A stretch of 64,000 nt of DNA, taken from positions 227,868-291,867 of IMG/VR virus record IMGVR_UViG_3300034117_001582, one strand, 5' to 3'. Both the position numbers and the translations under genes were made by a program. How positions within the stretch are numbered: position 1 is the first letter of the stretch; every line of letters begins with the position of its first letter. Shown here in pieces: positions 16,846-26,579 of this stretch. The notes below the pieces were generated by a model. It did not search any database and was not told the DNA's origin. It saw nothing but the letters and a program-made list of their open reading frames with translations.

Positions 16846-18441
16846 CTATATATTATTTTTAACCATATTATAAAAGAACTCACTGATTTTATCAGGAGTT
16901 GTTATGTTCTGTTGTTTTAATTGTGACCGATAAAACCCTACCATCGCAATTATTTGTGACATAGGCGCGTTTTTATATAATGATGGAGGAATAAACCCTT
17001 TATCTAATAATCCTTGTTTTTGGAGTTGTTTAATCTTTTTTCCCGCAAACTCATCCGCAACTTCTTCAGTATGTTTCATTAGGTTTGCTGCCTCCTCAAC
17101 ACTTATATCACCAAGATAACACTCATACATTAAATCTTCACCATATTTTTTAAATTGGTACTGATGTGCAGTCTCGTGAAATATAATAAACAATAGATAT
17201 TCTAACCTTTGGTTTAACGCCATTTTATTTATTAACACACCATCATGTAAAGCAACTCCCATAGCCGGCATCTTGAAATTGGCAAATTCTATTTTTTTGC
17301 AGTTTGATTGTGAAATAAAATCTTTTACCTTTTCTATTAACTCATCAGACATTTCATGTCTTGATGTAATATCATCTATTAAGGTGTTAACACCATCAGT
17401 TTCTTCCTTTAATACTTTTCTTATGGATTCTTTTAGGTATATGTTTTTCTTTCCACAATCGTTAACTGTTTTGTAATACGTATCAACCGCCTCGTTTGTG
17501 TAATTATAAATTACCTGCCAAATCTCATCCAATATGTTATCATACATTTGTTTAATCCCTTGAGTTTGTGGAAAAAGTTTTGTTCCATGTCCACCAATAA
17601 ATGTTACGGTAACACTTACAAATTTAAATGTATTATTACCCAAAGTATTTCTTTCATTAGGTACCTTAACTTCAAACCCACATATTACGTGGTCATATTC
17701 AGGTAGTATTATATTATTTAATACATTCTCAATCATTTCTTTTTGTGACTCTTCTTTGGATTCTCTTATCATATCTCTGCCAGTACCTTCACGCATTAAT
17801 TCTATTGCTTCTGATGGTATGTTATCAAACGTAACTATATGTTTCTTAGATGATTCAAAATGTCTATCTTTATACCACTTAACATTAGGTATTAATTCTG
17901 TATTGATTGTCCATACATCGTCGTCATATGTAGAATCAAACCACGCTCGTTTATTTGTCGAGTTGGTTGCAAATATTGCAGGTATACATTTTTCACCATA
18001 TCCTGCGTATATTTTATAACATTCACCAGCAATTGCCTTTAACCCTTCATTTGATATTCTATCTCTAAACTTTGGATTGGATTTATGTATAACAATTTTG
18101 TTTGGTGTAATTTCTTTTCCTGCTGGGCTATAATTTTCATTAAGTTCTTCCTCATATCTTTCAGTATCTAAATAAAAATCAGGTTCCTTTTTTAATTCTG
18201 TTCGTTTCTTGTAGTCATACCAAGGAACAACATTTAAACCGGTAAACTTATTTATAGTATCACATATTTCTGAACTCTCTAACTCTTCCCATGCATCATA
18301 GTAAACCATAATCTCATTTCTTTTGGCGATGTATTCTAAATCTATAATATTATCAAACATGGTATATATAAAATTCTTAACTAACTCAAATTTATTAGTC
18401 TCCTCTTTTAATACTTTTTTTATGTTCTTTTTTATGTTCAT
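16846..18441 (-). CDS. Four-module polyprotein-like protein: unknown + ART/Tpt1-like + unknown + IrrE/ImmA-like HExxH peptidase
   Basis: VLKE|, ELNE|, MIRE|, embedded YLKESIRKVLKEE; HETAH...EEVADEFA. Confidence 0.8.
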   Translation of the reverse strand: MNIKKNIKKVLKEETNKFELVKNFIYTMFDNIIDLEYIAKRNEIMVYYDAWEELESSEICDTINKFTGLNVVPWYDYKKRTELKKEPDFYLDTERYEEELNENYSPAGKEITPNKIVIHKSNPKFRDRISNEGLKAIAGECYKIYAGYGEKCIPAIFATNSTNKRAWFDSTYDDDVWTINTELIPNVKWYKDRHFESSKKHIVTFDNIPSEAIELMREGTGRDMIRESKEESQKEMIENVLNNIILPEYDHVICGFEVKVPNERNTLGNNTFKFVSVTVTFIGGHGTKLFPQTQGIKQMYDNILDEIWQVIYNYTNEAVDTYYKTVNDCGKKNIYLKESIRKVLKEETDGVNTLIDDITSRHEMSDELIEKVKDFISQSNCKKIEFANFKMPAMGVALHDGVLINKMALNQRLEYLLFIIFHETAHQYQFKKYGEDLMYECYLGDISVEEAANLMKHTEEVADEFAGKKIKQLQKQGLLDKGFIPPSLYKNAPMSQIIAMVGFYRSQLKQQNITTPDKISEFFYNMVKNNI

Positions 18442-18442
18442 G

Positions 18443-18766
18443 TTACATTACTTGGGATAAAAACTTTTTAATTGTTCTAACCACTTTTTGTCTATATGGA
18501 TTGTTTTCATTTGAAAAATTATCAATTGGTTCTGTAACGTTATTATCTTCTAACATATTCAATATCAATCTTACTTGTCTTTTTTTATTATCAAAAGTTC
18601 CAATATTATAATAATCGTCATCTACTTTGAAATAAACTTTTTTAAATCTAATCTGGTCATCAATATTTATTTCTTCAACTTTATATCTTCGCATAAGAAA
18701 ATTCATAACTTTTTTGTCAATGTCCTCAGTTTCTTCTTTCAATATGTGTCTAATTAGTTTTCTCAT
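18443..18766 (-). CDS. Leader-C protein (MRKLIRHILKEE)
   Basis: ORF track. Confidence 0.85.
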   Translation of the reverse strand: MRKLIRHILKEETEDIDKKVMNFLMRRYKVEEINIDDQIRFKKVYFKVDDDYYNIGTFDNKKRQVRLILNMLEDNNVTEPIDNFSNENNPYRQKVVRTIKKFLSQVM

Positions 18767-19209
18767 TAAATAAAAATATAATCATCAACTTTTAATCCTT
18801 TATATCCTGTCACAGATCCATACGTATAACTCTCTTCTAATTTTAATTCGTCAGGTATATATTCATACATCTCAAACACATATTCACCTAATTTTTGAGA
18901 CTCTATATAGGGGTCAAATTTACCTTCATAATCAAATGGAGTAAGGACATATGCTATTTGTTTGTTTTTAATATATTCAAGGTTATACATCCGTTTTTTT
19001 TCCAAACCATAAAATTCTTTTACCTTTTCATATTCAACAACTAAATCAATATAAATACTTGTCCTATATTCCTCATAGTCGTTATGTAATTGCCAACCAA
19101 CAACAAATGGAAACTCGTTCTTTAATCCGTTAACAACAATATCAATACCCTTATCTATTTGTTGTTTAGATACCTCTTCATTTAATATGTGTTTAATAAG
19201 TCCTCTCAT
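18766..19209 (-). CDS. Leader-C protein (MRGLIKHILNEE)
   Basis: ORF track. Confidence 0.85.
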   Translation of the reverse strand: MRGLIKHILNEEVSKQQIDKGIDIVVNGLKNEFPFVVGWQLHNDYEEYRTSIYIDLVVEYEKVKEFYGLEKKRMYNLEYIKNKQIAYVLTPFDYEGKFDPYIESQKLGEYVFEMYEYIPDELKLEESYTYGSVTGYKGLKVDDYIFI

Positions 19210-19211
19210 TA

Positions 19212-20273
19212 TTATGCTTTTAACGTTTCTACTATATCCTGAATGTCAGACAAATCATAACTACGACTTATGTTGTTTGGTCGTTGTGCAGTCTTTCCGT
19301 TTATTTCCCCCAACTGAACATAGGTTTGAGGCATCCTATGTTCATTACTATCCAATTTAACAACTTTTACTGAAGACTCATCATTAAAAGAATCATATAA
19401 AAAATCTTTAAATTTATGATTCTCATCTTCCGTTAATTTATTTTCATTATAAATAATATTAACTATTGGCCAACTATTAGACATCCACCTATTCCATCCG
19501 GCATCGATAGTTTTAAATGGTAAAACAATTGATGGTTCGTCCCCATCCGTTGTCCAAGATACCTCAACCAAACCTTTTTGGTTTTCAATTCTTTCAACCA
19601 TTTCGGGGTCGTCTTTGAATATTTTTTTTAAATTGTCTAATCCTCCAACCAATTTTGCAGCATAAAATAATCCATCCGTTTTTATTAGATTAATAATGTC
19701 CGAATTATTACTTTCATTTAAACTTTCAGATTCGCCATAAAGTTTGTCGTGTATTCTCTCTACATCTTCTATTGAAAAAGAGTCATCATAATCATGTATA
19801 TCGACATCATTACCGTTTATTTGTGTAACATCAAAATAAGTGGACTTCCCAAAATCAAATGATTTAGTTTTTAACTTTCCTACAGTGTTGTCATTTTGAA
19901 TTACCGAAATAATGGTTATCAGTTTGTTTTTTTCCACCGAAGTTAATTTACTGTCATCATAAATAAGATTTAATTCAGGCCAAGAATGTGTGCCCCATAT
20001 ATTTTTTCCAATACCTATTATTTCATATTTAATTGGAAATACAACAAATTTATCACTTTTAAATTTCCCATCGTAATACATTTCAAAATCAACAACACCT
20101 GTTAATTCATCTAATATTTCAGAAACTTCGAGGTCATCTTTGAATATACTTTTAAGATTATCCAGTCCACCAACCATTTCAGCAGCATCAAAGATATTAT
20201 TATCTTCGATAAATTGTTTCAGCTCTTGTTGGAGTCTATTTTCTTTTAATATGTGTTTAATAAGTTCTCTCAT
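19212..20273 (-). CDS. Leader-C protein with two homologous modules
   Basis: AAEMVGGLDNLKSIFKDD / AAKLVGGLDNLKKIFKDD; HSWPELNLIYD / NSWPIVNIIYN; linker SLNE|S. Confidence 0.88.
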   Translation of the reverse strand: MRELIKHILKENRLQQELKQFIEDNNIFDAAEMVGGLDNLKSIFKDDLEVSEILDELTGVVDFEMYYDGKFKSDKFVVFPIKYEIIGIGKNIWGTHSWPELNLIYDDSKLTSVEKNKLITIISVIQNDNTVGKLKTKSFDFGKSTYFDVTQINGNDVDIHDYDDSFSIEDVERIHDKLYGESESLNESNNSDIINLIKTDGLFYAAKLVGGLDNLKKIFKDDPEMVERIENQKGLVEVSWTTDGDEPSIVLPFKTIDAGWNRWMSNSWPIVNIIYNENKLTEDENHKFKDFLYDSFNDESSVKVVKLDSNEHRMPQTYVQLGEINGKTAQRPNNISRSYDLSDIQDIVETLKA

Positions 20274-20275
20274 TA

Positions 20276-20932
20276 CTATCTACTTCCTCTTACTCTATCT
20301 ATTTCGACCTCACGAAGTTTATCTACATATAATTTATCAATATAACCAGGAGTTTCTTTTTCTTTTTTAATTAAATCGTTTGCTTTCCATAAAGTATTTT
20401 TGACAATAAAATCAATCATTTCATCATTTGTAACTCCTTCAGGTTTTGAAACAGGAGGAACGCAAATTTGAGTTTTTTCTGGATGTACAGAAAATTCATC
20501 TATTGTTATATCATTTCTTCCCATTTTATTTTGGATTGTTTCTAAAAATGTGTCTTCAAACCAGTCTTGAATAACATATTTTAAATAGTTTTTTCTTACG
20601 GGAATGTCTGAATTTAATTCATCAAATATATCTTTAGGCATTTGTAATTCACCACTTTCAAAATCTCTTTCTTCCGTTTTTCTTTTATCATCAAAAACAT
20701 TTTCATCATCATGGAAGAATAATATAACACTCATTATTTCTTTTCCGTCGTTACACCATTCAAAATCATGTCTTGTTTCCCAAGATTTGTCATGATACAT
20801 TTGTGCGCCATCAACATAGTCGTTTAACCACCTATAGATAAGTTTATCCACACTTGGTGTTGGCTTTGAGTATTTCTTATTAACCTCTTCTTTTAATATA
20901 TGTCTAATTAAATTTCTATTCTCCATCATCAT
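20276..20932 (-). CDS. Leader-C protein (..RNLIRHILKEE)
   Basis: Start among the MMM codons at 20932-20926. Confidence 0.8.
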   Translation of the reverse strand: MMMENRNLIRHILKEEVNKKYSKPTPSVDKLIYRWLNDYVDGAQMYHDKSWETRHDFEWCNDGKEIMSVILFFHDDENVFDDKRKTEERDFESGELQMPKDIFDELNSDIPVRKNYLKYVIQDWFEDTFLETIQNKMGRNDITIDEFSVHPEKTQICVPPVSKPEGVTNDEMIDFIVKNTLWKANDLIKKEKETPGYIDKLYVDKLREVEIDRVRGSR

Positions 20933-21347
20933 ATTCTTCTTGTACAAATTGGTATTTCATATTCATTGAATAGTCACCTCCCGCACTCCATTCACAACCA
21001 ATAAACCAAAACATCAAGTTATTATGTTTACCTTTCTTTTCCCCAAAAGACCCATTACTTGTAAATGAATAATTAAGTAAAATTTTATTCAATTCTTTAT
21101 CGACTGTTTTTAGTTGGTCGGTAAACGAAAAAAGGTCAGGGTCTTCACACCAAGATGTTATTAATAATTCACCCTCAATTTCGTTACTTCTGCTAATATA
21201 ATTAATATTCGCAGTTTCTATATTTGTTATTAAACTTGAATCTACATTACTTTGTAATATCCACGCAATTTTTTGAGCAGATCTAATAAACTTTTCTTTA
21301 AGATCTGAAGTATCTTCTTTTAATACTTTTCTAATTATTTCTTTCAT
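20916..21347 (-). CDS. Leader-C protein (MKEIIRKVLKED)
   Basis: ORF track. Confidence 0.85.
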   Translation of the reverse strand: MKEIIRKVLKEDTSDLKEKFIRSAQKIAWILQSNVDSSLITNIETANINYISRSNEIEGELLITSWCEDPDLFSFTDQLKTVDKELNKILLNYSFTSNGSFGEKKGKHNNLMFWFIGCEWSAGGDYSMNMKYQFVQEEYDDGE

Positions 21348-21988
21348 TTTACTGGCTTACCGTATTTGTAGAATTTCTGTTGTATGTTTATTGTGCCCTT
21401 ACATCCACCTGTCTTCTTAGTCCCATTATCATTAAAACATTTAGGTATGGTTTTATTAAAATAATAAACCATTTTAGGCTCCCCTGAATTGCCTGAGTGC
21501 ATGGATTGTAATTGTCCATTAACCGCAGACTCACCTCCACCAGCACTTCCTCTACTATCGAATTGCTCGTAAGTATATCCATCAGTACTAGGACCAATAG
21601 TAACTTCCCAATTTACCGTTAAAGTATTTGGGTCAATAAACACATACATGTCTTTAATATCAACGGCCTTAACATTTTTATTTTTAAATTTATAATCTTT
21701 AATACCATTTTGTACTATCGTATTAATTCTACCACCAAACCCATCGGACCGTCTTCTGTGAAATGAATGTAATGCGTCGTAAACTCCTGATTTACCAGCA
21801 GCACTATAACTTCCTTTTATTACTTCATCTGATGAAAATCCTTTTGATGGGTCTAACCATAGTGAACCTTTAAGGTCTTTAGTCGGGTCAGGTTTAATAT
21901 TAGCCCCTTTTTTCTTTTCGTTATCCTCTAATATATTAGGATTTAAACCAACATATTCTTTTAATACTTTTCTAATTAAATCTTTCAT
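21344..21988 (-). CDS. Leader-C protein (MKDLIRKVLKEY), Gly-rich cargo
   Basis: First gene of a long operon; TATTTAT 21993-21999. Confidence 0.85.
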   Translation of the reverse strand: MKDLIRKVLKEYVGLNPNILEDNEKKKGANIKPDPTKDLKGSLWLDPSKGFSSDEVIKGSYSAAGKSGVYDALHSFHRRRSDGFGGRINTIVQNGIKDYKFKNKNVKAVDIKDMYVFIDPNTLTVNWEVTIGPSTDGYTYEQFDSRGSAGGGESAVNGQLQSMHSGNSGEPKMVYYFNKTIPKCFNDNGTKKTGGCKGTINIQQKFYKYGKPVK

Positions 21989-22046
21989 AGTTATAAATAT
22001 CGCTTAATTATTTTGCGTCATCAATAGTTTATCGTATCTTTATGTT

Positions 22047-22319
22047 ATGAAAAAATTCTTAGCATATTACTTTATCTATCGAACCACTAAGGACCCTATG
22101 ACAGCGGCCAAAATATATCAAATGATATATCATCCAGAGAAAACAACAAATATGCAAATATTTGAATACGTAAAACCATCTGTGGTTGAAACACCAAGAG
22201 TCTCTGATAAAAAACAAGAGATAATTGCGTCATTAAACTACCTTAAAAATAAATCAATTAAGTCTAAACAAGATAAAGAATCTATCTATAGTTTGGAGAT
22301 GGTATTAAAGAATATGTGA
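22047..22319 (+). CDS. Hypothetical protein
   Basis: 90-aa ORF filling the gap between minus genes. Confidence 0.7.
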   Translation: MKKFLAYYFIYRTTKDPMTAAKIYQMIYHPEKTTNMQIFEYVKPSVVETPRVSDKKQEIIASLNYLKNKSIKSKQDKESIYSLEMVLKNM

Positions 22320-22325
22320 CGAGTA

Positions 22326-23093
22326 TTATAATTTCATATCTTTAATAAACTTATTGTGCGAATCCTTATACGATTTTTTACTTTCGTCATTCATATTTTT
22401 AGTGTATTGCCAATTCCAATAAAGTTTATCATTAGGTTTAAACCCATAATATTCATGACTTTCTTTTTGTGTTTCAGTAACGTTTTCACCATTCCAGTTT
22501 TGACCAACACAAATAAACCCCGATTCAATATCTTTGATTAAATTAGATTCACCTAGCGTTGAGTGTCGGTTTTGAATCCATGTAAGTCTTTCCATTAAGT
22601 TTTGGTAATACATATTTGCCTGTCCCCATCTTATTGATGAAAAGAATAACACAGCGTCCGATTCAAATAATTCTCTACTAACTTTCCATAGTTCGTCTGA
22701 TGGTTCATTAATGTTTACCCAACATCTGTGGTTACCTGTAGGGTTCTTTTTCTTATCTTTAAGTGTTGCCTTTAGTAATCCACAAGAGTTTCCATCTTTT
22801 CTTGATACATTACCTTCACAAGGTAATATTTTGAGTTCAGTAATATCTATGAACGTTGCTTTGTCACCTAACTCTTCTTGTATGTGTAAAGCCAATAACC
22901 TTGATTTTGGAATATCTATATTCTTTGGGTCAAACTGATACCTATTTGAACAAGACAATAAAAGAACTTTGTCTTTCTTTTTTAAAATATCGATGGTTTG
23001 TTTTAGTTTTTTATATCCGTCACTTTGAACCATCTCTTCAGACAACATTAATTGTCTAAGTCTATTTAATTCTTCTTGTAAAATAGTTTTCAT
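22326..23093 (-). CDS. Leader-B-like + multimeric flavodoxin (WrbA)/NADPH-dependent FMN reductase-like protein
   Basis: VLLLSCSNR, ITELKILPCEG, four Cys, ESDAVLFFSSIRWG...MERL; start reassigned to 23093; TATTTAT 23098-23104. Confidence 0.8.
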   Translation of the reverse strand: MKTILQEELNRLRQLMLSEEMVQSDGYKKLKQTIDILKKKDKVLLLSCSNRYQFDPKNIDIPKSRLLALHIQEELGDKATFIDITELKILPCEGNVSRKDGNSCGLLKATLKDKKKNPTGNHRCWVNINEPSDELWKVSRELFESDAVLFFSSIRWGQANMYYQNLMERLTWIQNRHSTLGESNLIKDIESGFICVGQNWNGENVTETQKESHEYYGFKPNDKLYWNWQYTKNMNDESKKSYKDSHNKFIKDMKL

Positions 23094-23175
23094 AATAATA
23101 AATATCACCTATTTTATTTATGAGGTAAAGAGCGTTTTGATATCATTACAATATGAGAAAATTATAATATAAAAT

Positions 23176-23205
23176 AAAAAAAGGGAGACTTTCTCCCCCC
23201 CTTTG
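23176..23205 (-). terminator. Intrinsic terminator
   Basis: gggaga cttt ctccc hairpin with T-tract on minus strand. Confidence 0.7.
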
Positions 23206-23207
23206 TC

Positions 23208-23936
23208 TTAGAACATTTTCAGAAGTAAGTCCCCGTTTCCTTCCCACATTTTGATTTGTCGTTTAGGAACCCAAAACTCCATTTCACCAATTTCTTCAAC
23301 TCTTTTGAGGTATTCGTTACGGAAACGCTCAGTTTCTGAACTGTTAGTGATGTATTCAACACCCATGTGACCAGCACAAGTCTTACCCATTTTAGTCAAC
23401 ATAGAGAACTCATCAGTCAAAGTTCTACCACAACATACACAAACATCACCACGTTTGATTGTCATTTTACCTACCAATTTTACAGCTTTAGGTGAAATGG
23501 CCAACACTTTAGTGAGGTCCAAAAGTGTTGGGTTGAATTTAAGTCCATAAGTTTCTTTCATCTTTTGACCAATGCTACGTCCTACGATAATAGTGTCACC
23601 GTCCAAAACAAGATTCATTTTACGAGTCGCATTTTTAGTCTCCTCTTTTTGGATTTGACCCAATGCTGCCGATACTTGTTTATCAGACAATTTACCAAAC
23701 TTCTCAAGTTTAGATTTGATATCGTTAACGAAGTCGTTTGGACCATCGTATGATTGAATTTTTTTCATGCCGTCAGACAATTCAACTTGTTTTGCTTCGA
23801 CAACAACTGATAAGATTTTTTCTACAGCGGCTACTTGTTTTGGTGTTAGTGTGCCGTATTTTTTGATTACATCATTCATCTTAATAACGAAAGTGTTAGA
23901 TCCTTGGTAGTTTTGTACTTGAGTGATAGTGGACAT
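23208..23936 (-). CDS. Hypothetical protein with DUF6011-like Zn ribbon
   Basis: CVCCGRTLTDEFSMLTKMGKTCA; short internal repeat (LTPKQVAAV / LSDKQVSAA). Confidence 0.7.
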   Translation of the reverse strand: MSTITQVQNYQGSNTFVIKMNDVIKKYGTLTPKQVAAVEKILSVVVEAKQVELSDGMKKIQSYDGPNDFVNDIKSKLEKFGKLSDKQVSAALGQIQKEETKNATRKMNLVLDGDTIIVGRSIGQKMKETYGLKFNPTLLDLTKVLAISPKAVKLVGKMTIKRGDVCVCCGRTLTDEFSMLTKMGKTCAGHMGVEYITNSSETERFRNEYLKRVEEIGEMEFWVPKRQIKMWEGNGDLLLKMF

Positions 23937-23962
23937 AGATATGTGTTTTATTGATTACCTTA

Positions 23963-23992
23963 CAAAGATAGTAATAAAACGGTAATTGCAAA
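23963..23992 (-). promoter_or_regulatory. Bacteroidota sigma70-type (early) promoter
   Basis: TTTG-N18-TATCTTTG. Confidence 0.75.
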
Positions 23993-24027
23993 AAAAATCC
24001 CCACTTTTTTGTGAGGATTTTAATTTT

Positions 24028-24780
24028 TTATAACATTTCCTCAGCCAATGTCCAAAGTTTTGTATTCACTTGGTTCACAGCCATAATGTTTTCAAGACCT
24101 CGTAGTTTAGTTCTACGTCCACGTTGTGATGTTGTTTCAATACCACCTCTAATGTATTTCTCTTGTACCACATTGAAGGTTGTCCACAAGTCGTCACCTT
24201 GATCCTCATCTCTGTTTGGTGTTAATAACCCAACAATCTGTAACTCATTTAACACTTTGTCTTGTCCGAATCGGATTCCAACTGACTTACGAACAAATTC
24301 AATCTTCTCGTCAATTGTCATCTCACGTTCCATCATTCTTTTAACCGAACCCTCAATTTTAGGTAGTTTTCCAGCAAATGACTCTGTAAGTCGTTTTACC
24401 TCATCTAAATCAAAACGTGAGTGTCGTATATTGAATGATTCTGCAAGTGCTGTTGGTACTGTTAGTCCGTTTGAGCAGACCAATCTGTGTAATCCTGCAC
24501 TTACTCGGAAGGACGCCATTCCGTTATGTGAATTACGTATGATAGCTTCAACCAATGTGTCTCCAACTTTTGGTAGTTCGCCATTACGTAATCGTAGTTC
24601 GTGTACTGAGTGAATACCTTTACCCACTTGTTTTGCTGATGCTAATTCCCATCCTTCACGTTCGAAGTTTTCAAGGATATCCATAGTTGGGACAAATACG
24701 TATTTGTCTGACATCTTTGTAGATGGTGACGTTGCAAATACAGAAGGTGTTTGTGATTTTAATTGGTCAAGTGTTATCAT
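24028..24780 (-). CDS. DUF932-family phage/plasmid protein
   Basis: PSVFA....MSDKYVFVPT, RNSHNG.ASFRVSAGLHRLVCSNGL, DLWTTFNVVQE. Confidence 0.85.
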   Translation of the reverse strand: MITLDQLKSQTPSVFATSPSTKMSDKYVFVPTMDILENFEREGWELASAKQVGKGIHSVHELRLRNGELPKVGDTLVEAIIRNSHNGMASFRVSAGLHRLVCSNGLTVPTALAESFNIRHSRFDLDEVKRLTESFAGKLPKIEGSVKRMMEREMTIDEKIEFVRKSVGIRFGQDKVLNELQIVGLLTPNRDEDQGDDLWTTFNVVQEKYIRGGIETTSQRGRRTKLRGLENIMAVNQVNTKLWTLAEEML

Positions 24781-24806
24781 ATGTCGTTTAGTTTTTAATT
24801 AGAATA

Positions 24807-24838
24807 CAAAGATATGTAATTGGTTACAAACTTCCAAA
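24807..24838 (-). promoter_or_regulatory. Bacteroidota sigma70-type (early) promoter
   Basis: TTTG-N20-TATCTTTG; -7 elements also upstream of minus genes at 31268, 34555, 38813, 39063, 43713, 45199, 47552, 50968. Confidence 0.8.
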
Positions 24839-24854
24839 CATTTTTAAATAAACT

Positions 24855-26213
24855 TTAACCATAAAAGTAAGTTTTTAACGTCTTTCTAACGTTTTCGTTA
24901 ACTTTTATTATTAATTCTTGATTTTTACTTTTTTTAAACTTTAAATCATTACCATCCCATATTGTATTTACCATTTTACCATTTACCAACGCATTTACCT
25001 TATCAAACTTATCTAACGTTAAACGAACGCTTGTTATTTTTTTATTAAATTTTGATTTTAAATATAAAATAAAGACATTAACGGTTCCTGTTTTAACGTC
25101 ATATTTAATCTTATGTTCTTTTTCTTTATCAATTTCAAAACTAGGCACGGTACCATCTAAAAGTGATTGGAAAATGTCATCCTCATTTGATAATAAGTCA
25201 TTTGGGTTAGTCATCGAAACATTATTAATTTTACTAAATAAATTTCCCCATGTAGTTCCGTTTAATATGCCGTCCTTGATTGTTAATGCCTCACCACTAC
25301 CAATACTAACCTTATACCCATTAAGTGTTTTTTTAAGTGATAAATAATAACCTGACCCATCAGGTATTTTTTTTGTTTTGCCATCATTTTCTAATGGTTC
25401 TCCATAAAAAATATATTCACCATCACCTAAAACACCCAAAGAAACGTTTTCATCTAACACAAAATTACTATATGAATCAACAACCCCTGTTGGTGTTGTA
25501 TTATTATTATTTAGTGTTGGTTTTGGTATTACCTCATCATTTGGCGTATCACTTTGCCCAAACTTTAAATCTTTACCATCCCATATTACGGTAACATCTT
25601 CCTGATTTATGGTGGCAGTTATACCATCGGACGAATTTAATTCTAACCGAACATATGGTATTTTTTTATCACATTTTGATTTTAATATTAACGTAACAAT
25701 AATAACGGTTCCGGTTTTAGGGTCAAACACAATGTTATTTGACACATCTTCTTTATCAATTTCAAAACAAGAAACGGTATTATTTAAAAGTGATTGGATG
25801 ATGTTATTTGCATCCGATGATAAACCATTTGGAGTATTAAATGAAACTTTATTAAATTTATAAAATAAATCTTTCCATGTGTTATCAATTAATTTACCAT
25901 CTTCGATTGTTAAATATGCATTATGGTCAATATTAACGTTAACCCCATTAATTGTTTTTTCAAGGGTTAAATAATATTTTGACCCGTCAGGTATATTTTT
26001 AGTTGTGTTATAATCTTTAAAAACACTTTCGACATTAAAAAAGTCATAAACACCACCATCTAAAATACCCAAAGAACTATTTTTATCTAATGTTATATAC
26101 TTACCACTTGAATTAGCAACCCCCGTTGGTGTTGTAGGATCAACATCTTCATTCAATATTCGTCTAACAATTCTTTTTAAATCGGATTCAGTAAGTCTTA
26201 TTACTTTTTTCAT
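24855..26213 (-). CDS. Leader-A protein with tandem duplicated ~190-aa domain
   Basis: TTPTGV...IPDGS.YYL...SLL..TV..FEIDKE...KTGTV...IWDG.DLKF twice. Confidence 0.9.
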   Translation of the reverse strand: MKKVIRLTESDLKRIVRRILNEDVDPTTPTGVANSSGKYITLDKNSSLGILDGGVYDFFNVESVFKDYNTTKNIPDGSKYYLTLEKTINGVNVNIDHNAYLTIEDGKLIDNTWKDLFYKFNKVSFNTPNGLSSDANNIIQSLLNNTVSCFEIDKEDVSNNIVFDPKTGTVIIVTLILKSKCDKKIPYVRLELNSSDGITATINQEDVTVIWDGKDLKFGQSDTPNDEVIPKPTLNNNNTTPTGVVDSYSNFVLDENVSLGVLGDGEYIFYGEPLENDGKTKKIPDGSGYYLSLKKTLNGYKVSIGSGEALTIKDGILNGTTWGNLFSKINNVSMTNPNDLLSNEDDIFQSLLDGTVPSFEIDKEKEHKIKYDVKTGTVNVFILYLKSKFNKKITSVRLTLDKFDKVNALVNGKMVNTIWDGNDLKFKKSKNQELIIKVNENVRKTLKTYFYG

Positions 26214-26252
26214 ATTAAATAAATATGTCTTAAGACATAAAACAATACTTTA

Positions 26253-26579
26253 TTAAACTAATAACGTAACCATTTCTTTAATGCTTTGTTCTGAAACGAC
26301 ACCAACACTTGTATTCGTTACTTCAGACCCATTAAACGATTTGATTGCAGGAATACTTCTAATACCAATAGACGTTACGTAATCCTTATTTTTATCTATG
26401 TCCATAGTATACATTTGGATTTCAGTTTGATTGTTTTTGGCCACTTTTTCAAATATTGGCATCATCATCTTACAGGGTCCGCACCATAATCCATGAAATT
26501 CAACAATAATTTTTTCACCATTGTTTAATTTTTCTTTTAATTCTTTTGCGGTAATTTCTAAATTATTATGTCCTTCCAT
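26253..26579 (-). CDS. trxA: Thioredoxin
   Basis: WCGPC active site; IRSIP cis-Pro motif. Confidence 0.93.
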   Translation of the reverse strand: MEGHNNLEITAKELKEKLNNGEKIIVEFHGLWCGPCKMMMPIFEKVAKNNQTEIQMYTMDIDKNKDYVTSIGIRSIPAIKSFNGSEVTNTSVGVVSEQSIKEMVTLLV

